From: Patescibacteria group bacterium
GTDB lineage: Bacteria; Patescibacteriota; Minisyncoccia; Minisyncoccales; Staskawiczbacteraceae
Direction of reading: 5' to 3'
NCBI GenBank assembly: GCA_018829965.1
Contig: JAHJTG010000016.1
Span: 157,537-221,536 of the forward strand
Length of the DNA: 64,000 nucleotides
In this document: piece by piece, positions 18,663-28,378 of the stretch
Layout of the letters: every line of letters starts with the position of its first letter
Position numbering within the stretch: position 1 is the stretch's first letter
Notes under the pieces: model-generated
Told to the model about the DNA's origin: nothing
Seen by the model: only the letters and a program-made list of their open reading frames with translations
Database searches by the model: none
Translations under genes and position numbers: made by a program

Positions 18663-19802
18663 TTATAGATAAAAGCGGCTTAATATTTTTTCACACCTTT
18701 TTTTCCGATCGTATGTTTTAATTTTTTCATAGGCATTATTAGTTAGTTTTTCTGCTAATTGTTTATCTTCTAAAACCATTCTTACAAAACGACTTAATTC
18801 CTGAATATTATTAGGTTCGGCCAATAACCCATCAATATTATGGGTGATAATTCTTGAAATCGCAGGGATATTTGTAGAAATAATGGGCTTCTTTGTAGCC
18901 ATATATTCAAACAATTTTAAAGGGGAGGTCGTACTAATATCCATTCTCTCTATTTTTTGGTCAGTTTTATAGGGCATTATTAAAGCATCGGCTACCTGTA
19001 AAAACAAAGGAGCTTTGTTTCTTTCTATAAACTTTACAAATTGAACATTTTCAATTTTGTGAGAATTAGTAAAATCTTTCCAAAATTTTATCTGAGAATC
19101 CTGCCCACCTGCAAGCAAAAAATCAACATCGGGAATGTTTTTAGCAACTAATAATATATGCTCTATTCCTTTATCGGGAAAAAGAGAACCACAATAAACA
19201 ACGATTTTTTTATCCTTTACCAAATTAAATATTTTTCTGCACTCGTCTTTGTTTGGCAGGTTTTGAAAATCTTCAATATCAACCCCATTTTGTAATACTA
19301 ATATTTTATTTTCCGGAAAACCGGTCTTAATAAAACTCTGTTTTACTACGTCTGAAACAGTCGCAAGTCCTTTAAGGTATTTAGAATGACTTAATTTAAT
19401 TACCTTCTTCAGATCAGGGTGTTTAACATTTGTCGTATGCGATTCTAAAATAGTAGGTATCCCGTTTTTTATATTGTAATAAACGACTCTATAAGCTCTA
19501 CAATAACAAATATCTATGTTATTTTTTTTGCAATATTGGCTAATTCTTTTTTCAGGGTCGAAAAAATACCTTCTAAAATATAATATTTTTATTTTTTCGT
19601 TAACTCCGTAAAAATTATGAACATTTTTTATCTTCTTTCTATTCCTTCTTTCTAAAAATCTTTCCACTGTTAAAACCTCGACTTCGTAACCCAACTTGAA
19701 AAAAGCGTTCGCCGTCTTCATCACGTTTATACTGTGCGCCCATTGCGACGGAATATGACCTGAAGTAACTACTGCTATTTTTATTTTATCTCTTGGTATC
19801 AT
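18663..19802 (-). CDS. Glycosyltransferase family 4 (GT-B)
   Basis: 379 aa. The C-terminal KLFEYMATKKPIISTNIPAISRIITHNIDGLL matches the GT4 E-x7-E region. Confidence 0.8.
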   Translation of the reverse strand: MIPRDKIKIAVVTSGHIPSQWAHSINVMKTANAFFKLGYEVEVLTVERFLERRNRKKIKNVHNFYGVNEKIKILYFRRYFFDPEKRISQYCKKNNIDICYCRAYRVVYYNIKNGIPTILESHTTNVKHPDLKKVIKLSHSKYLKGLATVSDVVKQSFIKTGFPENKILVLQNGVDIEDFQNLPNKDECRKIFNLVKDKKIVVYCGSLFPDKGIEHILLVAKNIPDVDFLLAGGQDSQIKFWKDFTNSHKIENVQFVKFIERNKAPLFLQVADALIMPYKTDQKIERMDISTTSPLKLFEYMATKKPIISTNIPAISRIITHNIDGLLAEPNNIQELSRFVRMVLEDKQLAEKLTNNAYEKIKTYDRKKRCEKILSRFYL

Positions 19803-19809
19803 AAATATT

Positions 19810-20775
19810 TTACTTATTTTCAGCCACGGTCAAACCCATGCTATTATTGTAATCAATTTTGCCTTTCAAAATTTTAAAATTCTTCTCTATAAAGCTTAAC
19901 ACTTCCTTTCTTTCAATTTGCCCTTTTTTCGTATCTAATCCTATGCAATCTCTCTTATCATAATCAAAGATTAGCACTCCCCCTTTTTCTAAATGTTGAT
20001 GCAATATTTTAACAATCTCTACAGGATTAGTTAAAAACTCAAACACAGTGCGGCATATTATTACATTATATTTTGCACCCGAAGGTAAATTATCTTTTAT
20101 AGCCGGGCCTATTGTTATAAAGTTTATGTAATTTTTATTGGCAAATTTCCATCTCGCATAAAAGAAATTAATTTGTTTAATATCCACTATCGTGAATTTT
20201 AGATTTTTATAAGAACAGTATCTAATAAGCCCTTCGGTGATTGGCGCAATTCCGCAGCCGTACTCTAATATAGAAGAATTATTCGAAATATATTTAAGGA
20301 ATGGATAAAAACCTAAGTAAGCTAATTTGGTATATCTCCAGACAGCATTAAAAACCATAAAAATACACCCTATGGCTTGCCATCTTTTAACAAACTCTTT
20401 TGCGTTTCGTTCATTTGTATGAACGACTTCTTGAAATTTTGCACGATAACTACCGCGAAGAAAATGGAAATCAAATATATCTATAGGCCTATTTCCTAAA
20501 TAATCTACCCAAAAATCTTTAAATGAGCTAAACCATTTGGTCGATAAATTCGAAAAAAGAAATTTTTCTAGAACATTTGTCCTTTCAAGAATCCCCATAT
20601 AATACATTTTCAATAAATTAAAAATCCTTGAAATAAACCTTATCTTATATTCCTTCCTTGTTGAAGAATTTTTGTCAAATTTATGGACTGTACTTAGCCA
20701 TAAATCCTGCTCTTTAAATTTTTGATCTATATTTATATATACTCTGTTAAATTTATTATAATTTTCTTCTCTCAT
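19810..20775 (-). CDS. Class I SAM methyltransferase (paralog 1 of tandem pair)
   Basis: LEYGCGIAPIT (motif I), GGVLIFDY, C-terminal ILKGKIDYNNSMGLTV. Colinear with the next gene. Confidence 0.7.
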   Translation of the reverse strand: MREENYNKFNRVYINIDQKFKEQDLWLSTVHKFDKNSSTRKEYKIRFISRIFNLLKMYYMGILERTNVLEKFLFSNLSTKWFSSFKDFWVDYLGNRPIDIFDFHFLRGSYRAKFQEVVHTNERNAKEFVKRWQAIGCIFMVFNAVWRYTKLAYLGFYPFLKYISNNSSILEYGCGIAPITEGLIRYCSYKNLKFTIVDIKQINFFYARWKFANKNYINFITIGPAIKDNLPSGAKYNVIICRTVFEFLTNPVEIVKILHQHLEKGGVLIFDYDKRDCIGLDTKKGQIERKEVLSFIEKNFKILKGKIDYNNSMGLTVAENK

Positions 20776-20776
20776 A

Positions 20777-21694
20777 TTATTTTTTTATCTTTTTAACAAC
20801 ACACAACCCTACGCTTTTTCCAAAGTCGATTTTCCCTTTTATCAATTGGAAATTATTTTTGATAAATTTAAGCACCTCTTCCCTTTCATCTAGGGATTGC
20901 CTACTGTCTAATCCTATTCTTTCAATATTTGTTTTTATATAATCAAAGACCAATACTCCCCCTTCTTTAAGTCCGCTATAAAAACTTTTAACAACTTTCA
21001 GGGGGTTAGGCACATGTTCTAGTACTGTTTGACAAATAATAGCAGAGTAATAATTATCTTTATCTACTAAATTATTATACGGCTCTAATATCCGGTATTT
21101 AACATTTGGCAAATTTGATAAATTATAAATTGCGTATAAAAAATTTATTTGCAAAATATCGACTATTTCAAAATCATATTTTTTTGAAGGGAAATATTTT
21201 AGAATACCTGTTGTAAACGGAGCAACAGCGCAACCATATTCTAAGACCTTCCCTTTTCTAGGCAACTGGAAATAAAATCTTAAGAAATCTAGGTAAGCCG
21301 ATTTGGCGTATCTCCAAGTGGCGTTAAATAGCTGAGAAATATTTTCATCAGATTGCCAGGCTTTTAAGAAATCTGAATTATTTGATTCATTAAAGTGCTT
21401 GGCGCTTTGGAATCTACCTCTGTAAGAAAATCTTAAAAGATGGAAGTCCATAATATCAATCGGCCTTCCATTAAGTATTTCTTGCCAAAAACATTTAAAA
21501 TTTTTAAACCAACTTGTTAATAAAAAAGAATAAACAAATTCCTTTGAAATCTTTAATACATGAATCGCGCCATTAAGTATCATGCTAATTTTTGGAAAAA
21601 CTGGCCGCAACAACTTATGCTTATCGCTTGCTAAAACTTTGCTTTTAAATTTATCTATATCCAATTTTAAATTGTCGTAATAGTTATTTTCCAT
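20777..21694 (-). CDS. Class I SAM methyltransferase (paralog 2 of tandem pair)
   Basis: LEYGCAVAPFT, GGVLVFDY, LIKGKIDFGKSVGLCV. Also shares WFxxFKxFWxxxLNGRPIDIxDFHxLRxSYR with 19810-20775. Confidence 0.7.
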   Translation of the reverse strand: MENNYYDNLKLDIDKFKSKVLASDKHKLLRPVFPKISMILNGAIHVLKISKEFVYSFLLTSWFKNFKCFWQEILNGRPIDIMDFHLLRFSYRGRFQSAKHFNESNNSDFLKAWQSDENISQLFNATWRYAKSAYLDFLRFYFQLPRKGKVLEYGCAVAPFTTGILKYFPSKKYDFEIVDILQINFLYAIYNLSNLPNVKYRILEPYNNLVDKDNYYSAIICQTVLEHVPNPLKVVKSFYSGLKEGGVLVFDYIKTNIERIGLDSRQSLDEREEVLKFIKNNFQLIKGKIDFGKSVGLCVVKKIKK

Positions 21695-21700
21695 ATAATA

Positions 21701-22813
21701 TTACTGCATCAATGATTTAAATAATCGCATATATTTTTCTCCCATAATTTCTTTTGTATGATATTGTTTTACTAAATCCACGCATCGTTTTTTGAATAAA
21801 TATAGATGATTGATAACTTCCTTAAGAGAATAAATCGGATTCCGCTCATCAATAAGTATGCCTCCATGAATGTCTTCCTTTAAAAGCAACTCCGGCGAAC
21901 CGCCGCTATTTGTGGCTATAACAGGCATGCCACAACTCATTGCTTCTAGAATAACGTTCGGAGAACAATCGTTAATTGTGGGATAAAGCAATACATCGCC
22001 ACTTCGATAAAGAGAAGCTAATTCATATCTATCGTTAGTATGGTTCAAACAATGAACATTAGGAAATTTTTTTATTTCATATCCGTAAACTGGATCATCA
22101 ATCTGCCTTCCAATCAGATAAAATTGAATTTCTGGATTATTCTTCAGTAAATGAGCGAATTCCAATACAGTGCCCAATCCTTTACGAGCCATGCCGCTGG
22201 TAGACACATGAAAAATCTTATATTTTCCTTTTAGGTCTTTTTTAGGACCATTTTCACTAAAAATATCCCTATCCACGCCGTTGTAAATAATAGTACCGTT
22301 TTTTATATTCATCGGCCCCTCAAAGCCAAAAATTGATTTCACCCCGCGAACATATAAAGATTTACAATATTCTGTCTGAAAAACTGTGGCATCCGCTCTT
22401 TTATTAATCCAAGACACGGTTTCATCACAGCCATATACCTTACATAATATTCGATAACGGTCGTCCAGCCTATGCACTACTTTCGCTTTTGGATTTTTTT
22501 TAATCAGTCTTGCGAAACGCTTTTCGTAATCAGTATTTGATTTTGAATATCTATTATAATCAATTTCCTGAAAGAACCGACCTCTATTTAAAAAATTTGC
22601 GACTTTCCTTTTAATGATTCCCGTTAATGACCTATCTGTATAATGCGACCCGCCACTGATAATAAATAAAATATCAAAGCGATCTTCTTCACCTACCAAT
22701 TCGATATCTTTCTGATTTTTTAAGAAATCGAAAAGATATTGAGGAAAACTTAAACCTTTAAACTCTTTATTATCGGAAACAGGATAATCGATAAATACTT
22801 TTATTTTGTTCAT
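21701..22813 (-). CDS. Glycosyltransferase family 4
   Basis: PTINDCSPNVILEAMSCGMPVIATNSGGSPELL. Start placed at the internal Met (MNKIKVF, 22813); the track start at 22843 overlaps the upstream stop by 22 nt. Confidence 0.8.
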   Translation of the reverse strand: MNKIKVFIDYPVSDNKEFKGLSFPQYLFDFLKNQKDIELVGEEDRFDILFIISGGSHYTDRSLTGIIKRKVANFLNRGRFFQEIDYNRYSKSNTDYEKRFARLIKKNPKAKVVHRLDDRYRILCKVYGCDETVSWINKRADATVFQTEYCKSLYVRGVKSIFGFEGPMNIKNGTIIYNGVDRDIFSENGPKKDLKGKYKIFHVSTSGMARKGLGTVLEFAHLLKNNPEIQFYLIGRQIDDPVYGYEIKKFPNVHCLNHTNDRYELASLYRSGDVLLYPTINDCSPNVILEAMSCGMPVIATNSGGSPELLLKEDIHGGILIDERNPIYSLKEVINHLYLFKKRCVDLVKQYHTKEIMGEKYMRLFKSLMQ

Positions 22814-22821
22814 AGTTTTTA

Positions 22822-23457
22822 TTATTTTATAACAACACTCCAAATTTCGCCGAATTGGACACTATAACTACAAATTTTAAACCCCGCCTTTTTTAGTTCT
22901 TTTTGAAAAGACTCTAAGGTGTATTCCGTAAAATGGCCCCTATCTAACATCCATTCCAATCCTAATTCTTTTTTATACAAAGTTATCCAATCCCTGTTTA
23001 TCATCGGCACTCTTATCAAAAACTTATCTGCCTTACTTTTTAAAACTTTTAAAAATTTGGCTCTGTTTTTAATATGTTCCAACACATTTGACAGAATAAT
23101 AACATCGAATTTTTTTCCTGGAAAATTTTCTAAAATATCCCCTTGAACATATTCTATATTTTTTCTGGAAAACATTTCTTTGGCGAATCTTATATTTTCT
23201 TCATCTAAATCAATCCCGATGACTTTTTTGGCCTTTTTGGCAACATCAAAAGTCAAAGCGCCGTTACCGCATCCAATATCTAAAACCGTATCTCTAGGAT
23301 TGATATTATCTATGAAAAATTTATGATAATTCATCAAACGGTGCTTAGGATGCAATCCTTGCTCAATTTTATTAGAAAAAAAGCTACTTAACTTATAAGA
23401 AAAGCTATGCAATCTTAACGCTGATTTAATTACAATTTTATAAATCTTTGTTTTCAT
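22822..23457 (-). CDS. Class I SAM methyltransferase
   Basis: VLDIGCGNGALTFDVAKKAKKVIGIDLD and FDVIILSNVLEHI. Confidence 0.8.
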   Translation of the reverse strand: MKTKIYKIVIKSALRLHSFSYKLSSFFSNKIEQGLHPKHRLMNYHKFFIDNINPRDTVLDIGCGNGALTFDVAKKAKKVIGIDLDEENIRFAKEMFSRKNIEYVQGDILENFPGKKFDVIILSNVLEHIKNRAKFLKVLKSKADKFLIRVPMINRDWITLYKKELGLEWMLDRGHFTEYTLESFQKELKKAGFKICSYSVQFGEIWSVVIK

Positions 23458-24145
23458 TTTTAATCACTAATATATAAAATGACGAAAAAATAGGAAGAAA
23501 GCGGTCAAATTTATTAGCAGTATTAAGAAGTTTAGGATAAATATTTGATTTCCGTAGCTTATTATTCTTTAAAATGATTTCGGGAATTGTTATAAAAAAC
23601 AAATGTAGGAAAAAAGAAAATAACCCTCCTATCCTATATACTTTAAACTTATCCCCAAATATTTTTTTAAAACGAACCGGCGTATATCTTCTATATCCAT
23701 GACGGAGATAAAGGAATACTGACCAAAAAGTAGGAATGATGTGTATTTGAATCCCTCCTTTTTCTAAAAATTCACGGGCTTTTGAAACAGCTAAAACGTC
23801 TTTATCTATATGCTCCAGGGCTGAAATGGAAAAAACAAGGTTATATTTATTATTTGTATTAAAATCTTCTATTTTTATCTTGATAAAATCGGACTTTACG
23901 GCGTATTTGTTAAACTGTTCAAAATTCTTATTTTTTTCAATATCTACCCCAGTGTAAAATAACTTGTAACCTAAATCGTAAAAAATCTTTCTGATGTATC
24001 CTGAACCACAGCCAATATCCAACATTTTAACCTCTTTGCTGGGCAATATTTTAAGCAGATTATCATATAAAAATCTATTCGAATATACTCTCCCGGGAGA
24101 ATCATTCACCTCTTCTATTTTTTCAGGACGCCAATATTTTATCAT
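23438..24145 (-). CDS. Class I SAM methyltransferase
   Basis: MLDIGCGSGYIRK, GVDIE and LVFSISALEHID. Confidence 0.75.
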   Translation of the reverse strand: MIKYWRPEKIEEVNDSPGRVYSNRFLYDNLLKILPSKEVKMLDIGCGSGYIRKIFYDLGYKLFYTGVDIEKNKNFEQFNKYAVKSDFIKIKIEDFNTNNKYNLVFSISALEHIDKDVLAVSKAREFLEKGGIQIHIIPTFWSVFLYLRHGYRRYTPVRFKKIFGDKFKVYRIGGLFSFFLHLFFITIPEIILKNNKLRKSNIYPKLLNTANKFDRFLPIFSSFYILVIKNENKDL

Positions 24146-24172
24146 ACTATTTTATAATTTCATTTGTTCTTT

Positions 24173-24973
24173 TTAACTTCTAAAAAATCTATTAACAAAA
24201 CCCTTGATCATCCTGTTCCCACCATTTCCAATATAATTATCCATCTCTAAAAAATCTGGTTGCGATCCCCAACTTTTAGGCCAATGGTTGTGTTGATACA
24301 ATCCATCAAATCGATCTGTTTTAATAAGAGCTAACCATTTTTTATGTTTATAATAGAAACTCTCGAAATCTTTTAATGCTTCTTTATGCCCTGCTAAATA
24401 TTGCTCCTCATAATCAAAGCTATCTTCCCAGAAATAATTTAGAGCAGATTGCCCTATTTCATCAATAAGCCACCGTCTGTTCTGATAAAGTAAGGGGGTT
24501 TTCATCTTAAACACAAGTTTTGCATCAATAATTTCAACAAACCATCTATGATGGAAATAACCTTGCAATTTATTCGATTTTGAATGCTCACTAACACCTA
24601 TTTTACTTTCAGCTGCGCGAGTTGGAGTTGAAATATATCCCGCTTTCGATACTCTTTGAATTTCTTTACAAATTGCGATAGGGTCGCGCAGATCTTCTAA
24701 AGTGTCCGTGCATAAAGAGAAATCAAAAAATTTATCTTCAAAGGGCCATGGAAGTTCATAGAAATCTCTTGAAACCCATGTCTCTCTAGAAAAATGCTCT
24801 TCCCCTCCCACCTTTTCGTCAATATCTGTTTTTCCAACTCTTTTATCAAATGCTCTTTTATCTAAGATATAATTTGCTCTGAACCATGGATATCTTCCTC
24901 CCCCAATATCTATTACAATATCATCTTTCTTCAATCTACTCAGTATTAAATTAGAAATTTTTCCGTTTATCAT
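24173..24973 (-). CDS. Class I SAM methyltransferase-like protein
   Basis: VIDIGGGRYPW glycine loop and FDFSLCTDTLEDLRDPIAICKEIQRVSKAGYIS. Confidence 0.6.
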   Translation of the reverse strand: MINGKISNLILSRLKKDDIVIDIGGGRYPWFRANYILDKRAFDKRVGKTDIDEKVGGEEHFSRETWVSRDFYELPWPFEDKFFDFSLCTDTLEDLRDPIAICKEIQRVSKAGYISTPTRAAESKIGVSEHSKSNKLQGYFHHRWFVEIIDAKLVFKMKTPLLYQNRRWLIDEIGQSALNYFWEDSFDYEEQYLAGHKEALKDFESFYYKHKKWLALIKTDRFDGLYQHNHWPKSWGSQPDFLEMDNYIGNGGNRMIKGFVNRFFRS

Positions 24974-25765
24974 TTAAGTTCTTTTTTTTAAAACCAATAG
25001 AATACTGTGGCCAGCTATTTTTGATAGGAAAAACGAGTTTAAAAATTTTATTCCTTTAGCTAAAAGATTGTGGCTGTCGTACACTTTTTGTAAAATCGGT
25101 TTGAGCAAAAAGATTTCATCTTTCAATCCTTTAGTAGCATCAAATGGTTTCTTAAAAATCAGCTTAAATCCGTGTTTTTCAACATTTTTTGCAACTTCTT
25201 TTTCGTTTAAGATAAAACAATAAAAATTGTTGTTTATATCGTTATCTAATTTTTTATAGATTCCTAGTTTTGCTTTTAATCTCCGAAGAAAAAACATATG
25301 AGGAAAAGTTAAAAATAAGTATCCGTTAGTTTTTATTACTCTTTTTGCCTCCTCTATGATTTTTTCGTACCCGCCGGTAAAGTGTTCTATCACTCCTAGG
25401 GACCAATAGCCATCGAAAAAATTATCGGGAAAATCTAAACTTCTGACATCCTGAAAGGAAACTTTTAAATCAGGGAGGTTTTCGTTTATCTTCTTAACGG
25501 TTTCTTCGGCGAAATCAACGCCATAAGCATCATATCCCCAATGCTTTAACCCGTAAACAATTTGTCCTCTACCACAACCTCCTTCTAATACCCTTGCCCC
25601 GTGTTTTAAAAACTTATTTGTATTTTTTTTAACGAACCAACTGTTTTTTCCTTTTTCTATCTCTTTTTTAAAGTTTTTTGCCTCCCAATGCCTATCCCAA
25701 AATTTATTTGTTGCTTTTTCTTCAATAACTATCAATCTTTTATTGTCTTTATCGTAAAATTTCAT
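24974..25765 (-). CDS. Class I SAM methyltransferase
   Basis: VLEGGCGRGQIVYGL, AYGVDF and FDGYWSLGVIEHF. Confidence 0.8.
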   Translation of the reverse strand: MKFYDKDNKRLIVIEEKATNKFWDRHWEAKNFKKEIEKGKNSWFVKKNTNKFLKHGARVLEGGCGRGQIVYGLKHWGYDAYGVDFAEETVKKINENLPDLKVSFQDVRSLDFPDNFFDGYWSLGVIEHFTGGYEKIIEEAKRVIKTNGYLFLTFPHMFFLRRLKAKLGIYKKLDNDINNNFYCFILNEKEVAKNVEKHGFKLIFKKPFDATKGLKDEIFLLKPILQKVYDSHNLLAKGIKFLNSFFLSKIAGHSILLVLKKRT

Positions 25766-25768
25766 ACT

Positions 25769-26440
25769 TCAAGAAGATTTTCTTATTAAAAACCACGTAG
25801 TTCCATTAAACCAATTAAGCGCTTTTTTTCTATTAAATCCACTCAAGATAAGCTTTAATAGTTTTTTAAAATTCCCTTGAAAATCAATCGTATAAATTAT
25901 CTTTAAAATTTTACATTTATTCTTCTCAGATCGGTATCTAACAAAATCAACAGATTCTTCATTATTAAAAAACCATCTATGCCTATCTTTCGGCCTCTCT
26001 AGGGGTAATCCGTAAAACTTCAAATATTTCCCGAATTCCTTTTGTTTTTCTGTAACGATAGAATACTTTTTCCCAAGCAAAATAGTAAATATTCCTAAAA
26101 AAGGGTTGGGCAAGCTAATAATAATGTATTTTTTACTTATCCTACATAATTCATCAAAAACAAAATGAATATTTTCTAAATGTTCTAACACATCCGCGCA
26201 AAATACTAAATCAAAATTATTTTTTTTAAACGGCAATCCTTCTTTTTTATCCAAATCGAAAGAAATATCTGGCTTACCAAAATTATCTATACCAACATAT
26301 TTAATTTTTTTTGAAAGAATTTTTTCTAAATGTTTTTCGTCGCAACCAATATCTAAGACGCTACCTATTTCTTTAAAAATGGAGTCGAATTGATGAACTA
26401 TCCATTTTGCTTTTTCTTCACGATTTTTATAAGGTTCCAT
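25769..26440 (-). CDS. Class I SAM methyltransferase-like protein
   Basis: VLDIGCDEKHLEK, YVGIDN and FDLVFCADVLEHLEN. Confidence 0.65.
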   Translation of the reverse strand: MEPYKNREEKAKWIVHQFDSIFKEIGSVLDIGCDEKHLEKILSKKIKYVGIDNFGKPDISFDLDKKEGLPFKKNNFDLVFCADVLEHLENIHFVFDELCRISKKYIIISLPNPFLGIFTILLGKKYSIVTEKQKEFGKYLKFYGLPLERPKDRHRWFFNNEESVDFVRYRSEKNKCKILKIIYTIDFQGNFKKLLKLILSGFNRKKALNWFNGTTWFLIRKSS

Positions 26441-27542
26441 ATATATTTATTTCCTTTTCCATTATTTTTAAGAAATCGAAGTTTTTTAAAATATCTTGCC
26501 GGGCATTTTTGCCAATTTTCTCCTGAAGTTCCTTATCCTTTAGAACTTCGACGATTGCTTTTTTTATTGACTCAACACTAATATCGCAAAGATAACCATT
26601 TTCTCTATGACGGATAATTTCCTTTATCCCCTCAACATTTGTCCCGATGCAGGGCAAACCACAGCTCATTGCCTCTAATAAGGTTTTTGGGCACCCTTCA
26701 TATAATGAGGGGAGAATAAAAATCTCCGATCTATTCAACTCTTCTGGCAGTTTATTGTTCGGAATATTTTCCCGAAATTCTATATTTGCTCTCTTTTTTC
26801 TCGCAACCACCTTTATCTTCTCTTTTAAACATCCTGACCCGATAATCGCTAATTTACACGAGTTTCCCGAGATTGCTTCAATTAAATTAAAAAGGTTCTT
26901 TTGTTCATGCAGTCTTCCGATAAAGATAACTTTTGATTTATCTTTTTCTATTTTTAAAGGTTTAAATAATTCGGTGTCAATATAATTAGGGATGAATTCT
27001 ATTTTAAAAAAAGGGACTTTAAAATTATTTTTGACGAACCTCTTATCTTTTTCTGAAGTTAGAATAATCCTATCAGCATTTTTATAAGCAAGCTTTTCGA
27101 TATTAAATACAAGTGCTTTTTTCCAAAACGGTTTTTTTTCCTTCCTTAAAAATTCTAACCACTCATAGCCACACCTAATTATTAATTTCTTTTTATACAA
27201 CCATTTTGAAAGAATCGCCGGGATAACAGCTGCCATCTGATTTGTCTTATAAACATCAGCTCCCCTGAGCTCTTTATAATAAATTAAGGGAATAAAAAAT
27301 TGGTAAATTCTTGAAGGGAAGAAAGCAGGTTTTGATAAGATTCTAATATTCGTTGATAGTTTTTCTTGAAAATTAAACTCTTTCTTATTTCCATAAGTAA
27401 TAAAATATATTTTTTTAAAATATTTTGCTAATTCATTATAGGGCTTAATTTCCCTCTCCAAATTTCCGATTTTTTCCCATATTTTTAAAGAAACTCCACA
27501 GGTAAAAAATAAAGCTAATTTTTTGTCTTTTAAGTTTTCCAT
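26427..27542 (-). CDS. Glycosyltransferase family 4
   Basis: PSLYEGCPKTLLEAMSCGLPCIGTNVEGIKEIIRHRENGYL. Confidence 0.85.
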   Translation of the reverse strand: MENLKDKKLALFFTCGVSLKIWEKIGNLEREIKPYNELAKYFKKIYFITYGNKKEFNFQEKLSTNIRILSKPAFFPSRIYQFFIPLIYYKELRGADVYKTNQMAAVIPAILSKWLYKKKLIIRCGYEWLEFLRKEKKPFWKKALVFNIEKLAYKNADRIILTSEKDKRFVKNNFKVPFFKIEFIPNYIDTELFKPLKIEKDKSKVIFIGRLHEQKNLFNLIEAISGNSCKLAIIGSGCLKEKIKVVARKKRANIEFRENIPNNKLPEELNRSEIFILPSLYEGCPKTLLEAMSCGLPCIGTNVEGIKEIIRHRENGYLCDISVESIKKAIVEVLKDKELQEKIGKNARQDILKNFDFLKIMEKEINIYGTL

Positions 27543-27547
27543 TCCTA

Positions 27548-28378
27548 TTATCTTTTTGAGAATTTTTCGGGATCATCGATTCCTTGATCCTTCATTAGTT
27601 TATTATTAATCTCCTCCACTACTTTATGGATTTTTAAATCAACACCTTGTTCATCTGCAAATTGGATTAAAGCTTTAATGTCTTTCGGCAAACATTTCTT
27701 GCCGTATCCCCTATAGTCTCCGTAATAAATATTTAAATGACTAGGGCCTATTCTTTTATCCATTGAAGCGCATTCTCTCACTTCGTCGTAGTCAATGCCG
27801 ACTGCCTTGCATAAATCGTACATTTGATTGCCAAAAATAACTTTTGTTGAAAGAAATGTATTGCCGAAATATTTAACCATCTCTGCTTCAGTCGCCCTAA
27901 TAATCTTTTCAAAGGGAGCTTTCGGCAAAATAGACAAAACTTTTTCAGCTGATTCACGGCTGGAATCTGTATAGCCGACTATTTGTCTATCCGGGTTTTC
28001 CATACATTCATCCGCTTTTTCTTCAATTAAAAATTCTGGATTGAACAAAAACTTATGCTGAGGATATTTTTGCTGAAATTTTTCCGTAGTGCCAAGTAAA
28101 ACAGTTGATTTAATCACTATTGTTTTATTTCCGGAGATACTTGAACAAGCGTCTTCAACATAAGATAAATCAAATCCTTTTTCCTTATCAAATGGGGTCG
28201 GGACACAGATAAAAATAATATCGGCTTGGTTCACTTCTTCAGTAGAGCCCTTATTTTTTCCATTGTCGTAAAAAAATACCTTATATCCTACTTTATCAAA
28301 ATATCTTTTTAACGCTCCGCCAATCATTCCTAGACCCATTATTCCTATTTTTAAATCTTTTAAATTTTTGTTCTTCAT
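27548..28378 (-). CDS. UDP-glucose/GDP-mannose dehydrogenase-family protein, short form lacking the C-terminal UDP-binding domain
   Basis: 276 aa. IGIMGLGMIGGAL NAD-binding loop and the catalytic-Cys motif GKKCLPKDIKAL (compare GGxCxxKD). The protein ends about 30 aa after it. Confidence 0.65.
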   Translation of the reverse strand: MKNKNLKDLKIGIMGLGMIGGALKRYFDKVGYKVFFYDNGKNKGSTEEVNQADIIFICVPTPFDKEKGFDLSYVEDACSSISGNKTIVIKSTVLLGTTEKFQQKYPQHKFLFNPEFLIEEKADECMENPDRQIVGYTDSSRESAEKVLSILPKAPFEKIIRATEAEMVKYFGNTFLSTKVIFGNQMYDLCKAVGIDYDEVRECASMDKRIGPSHLNIYYGDYRGYGKKCLPKDIKALIQFADEQGVDLKIHKVVEEINNKLMKDQGIDDPEKFSKR

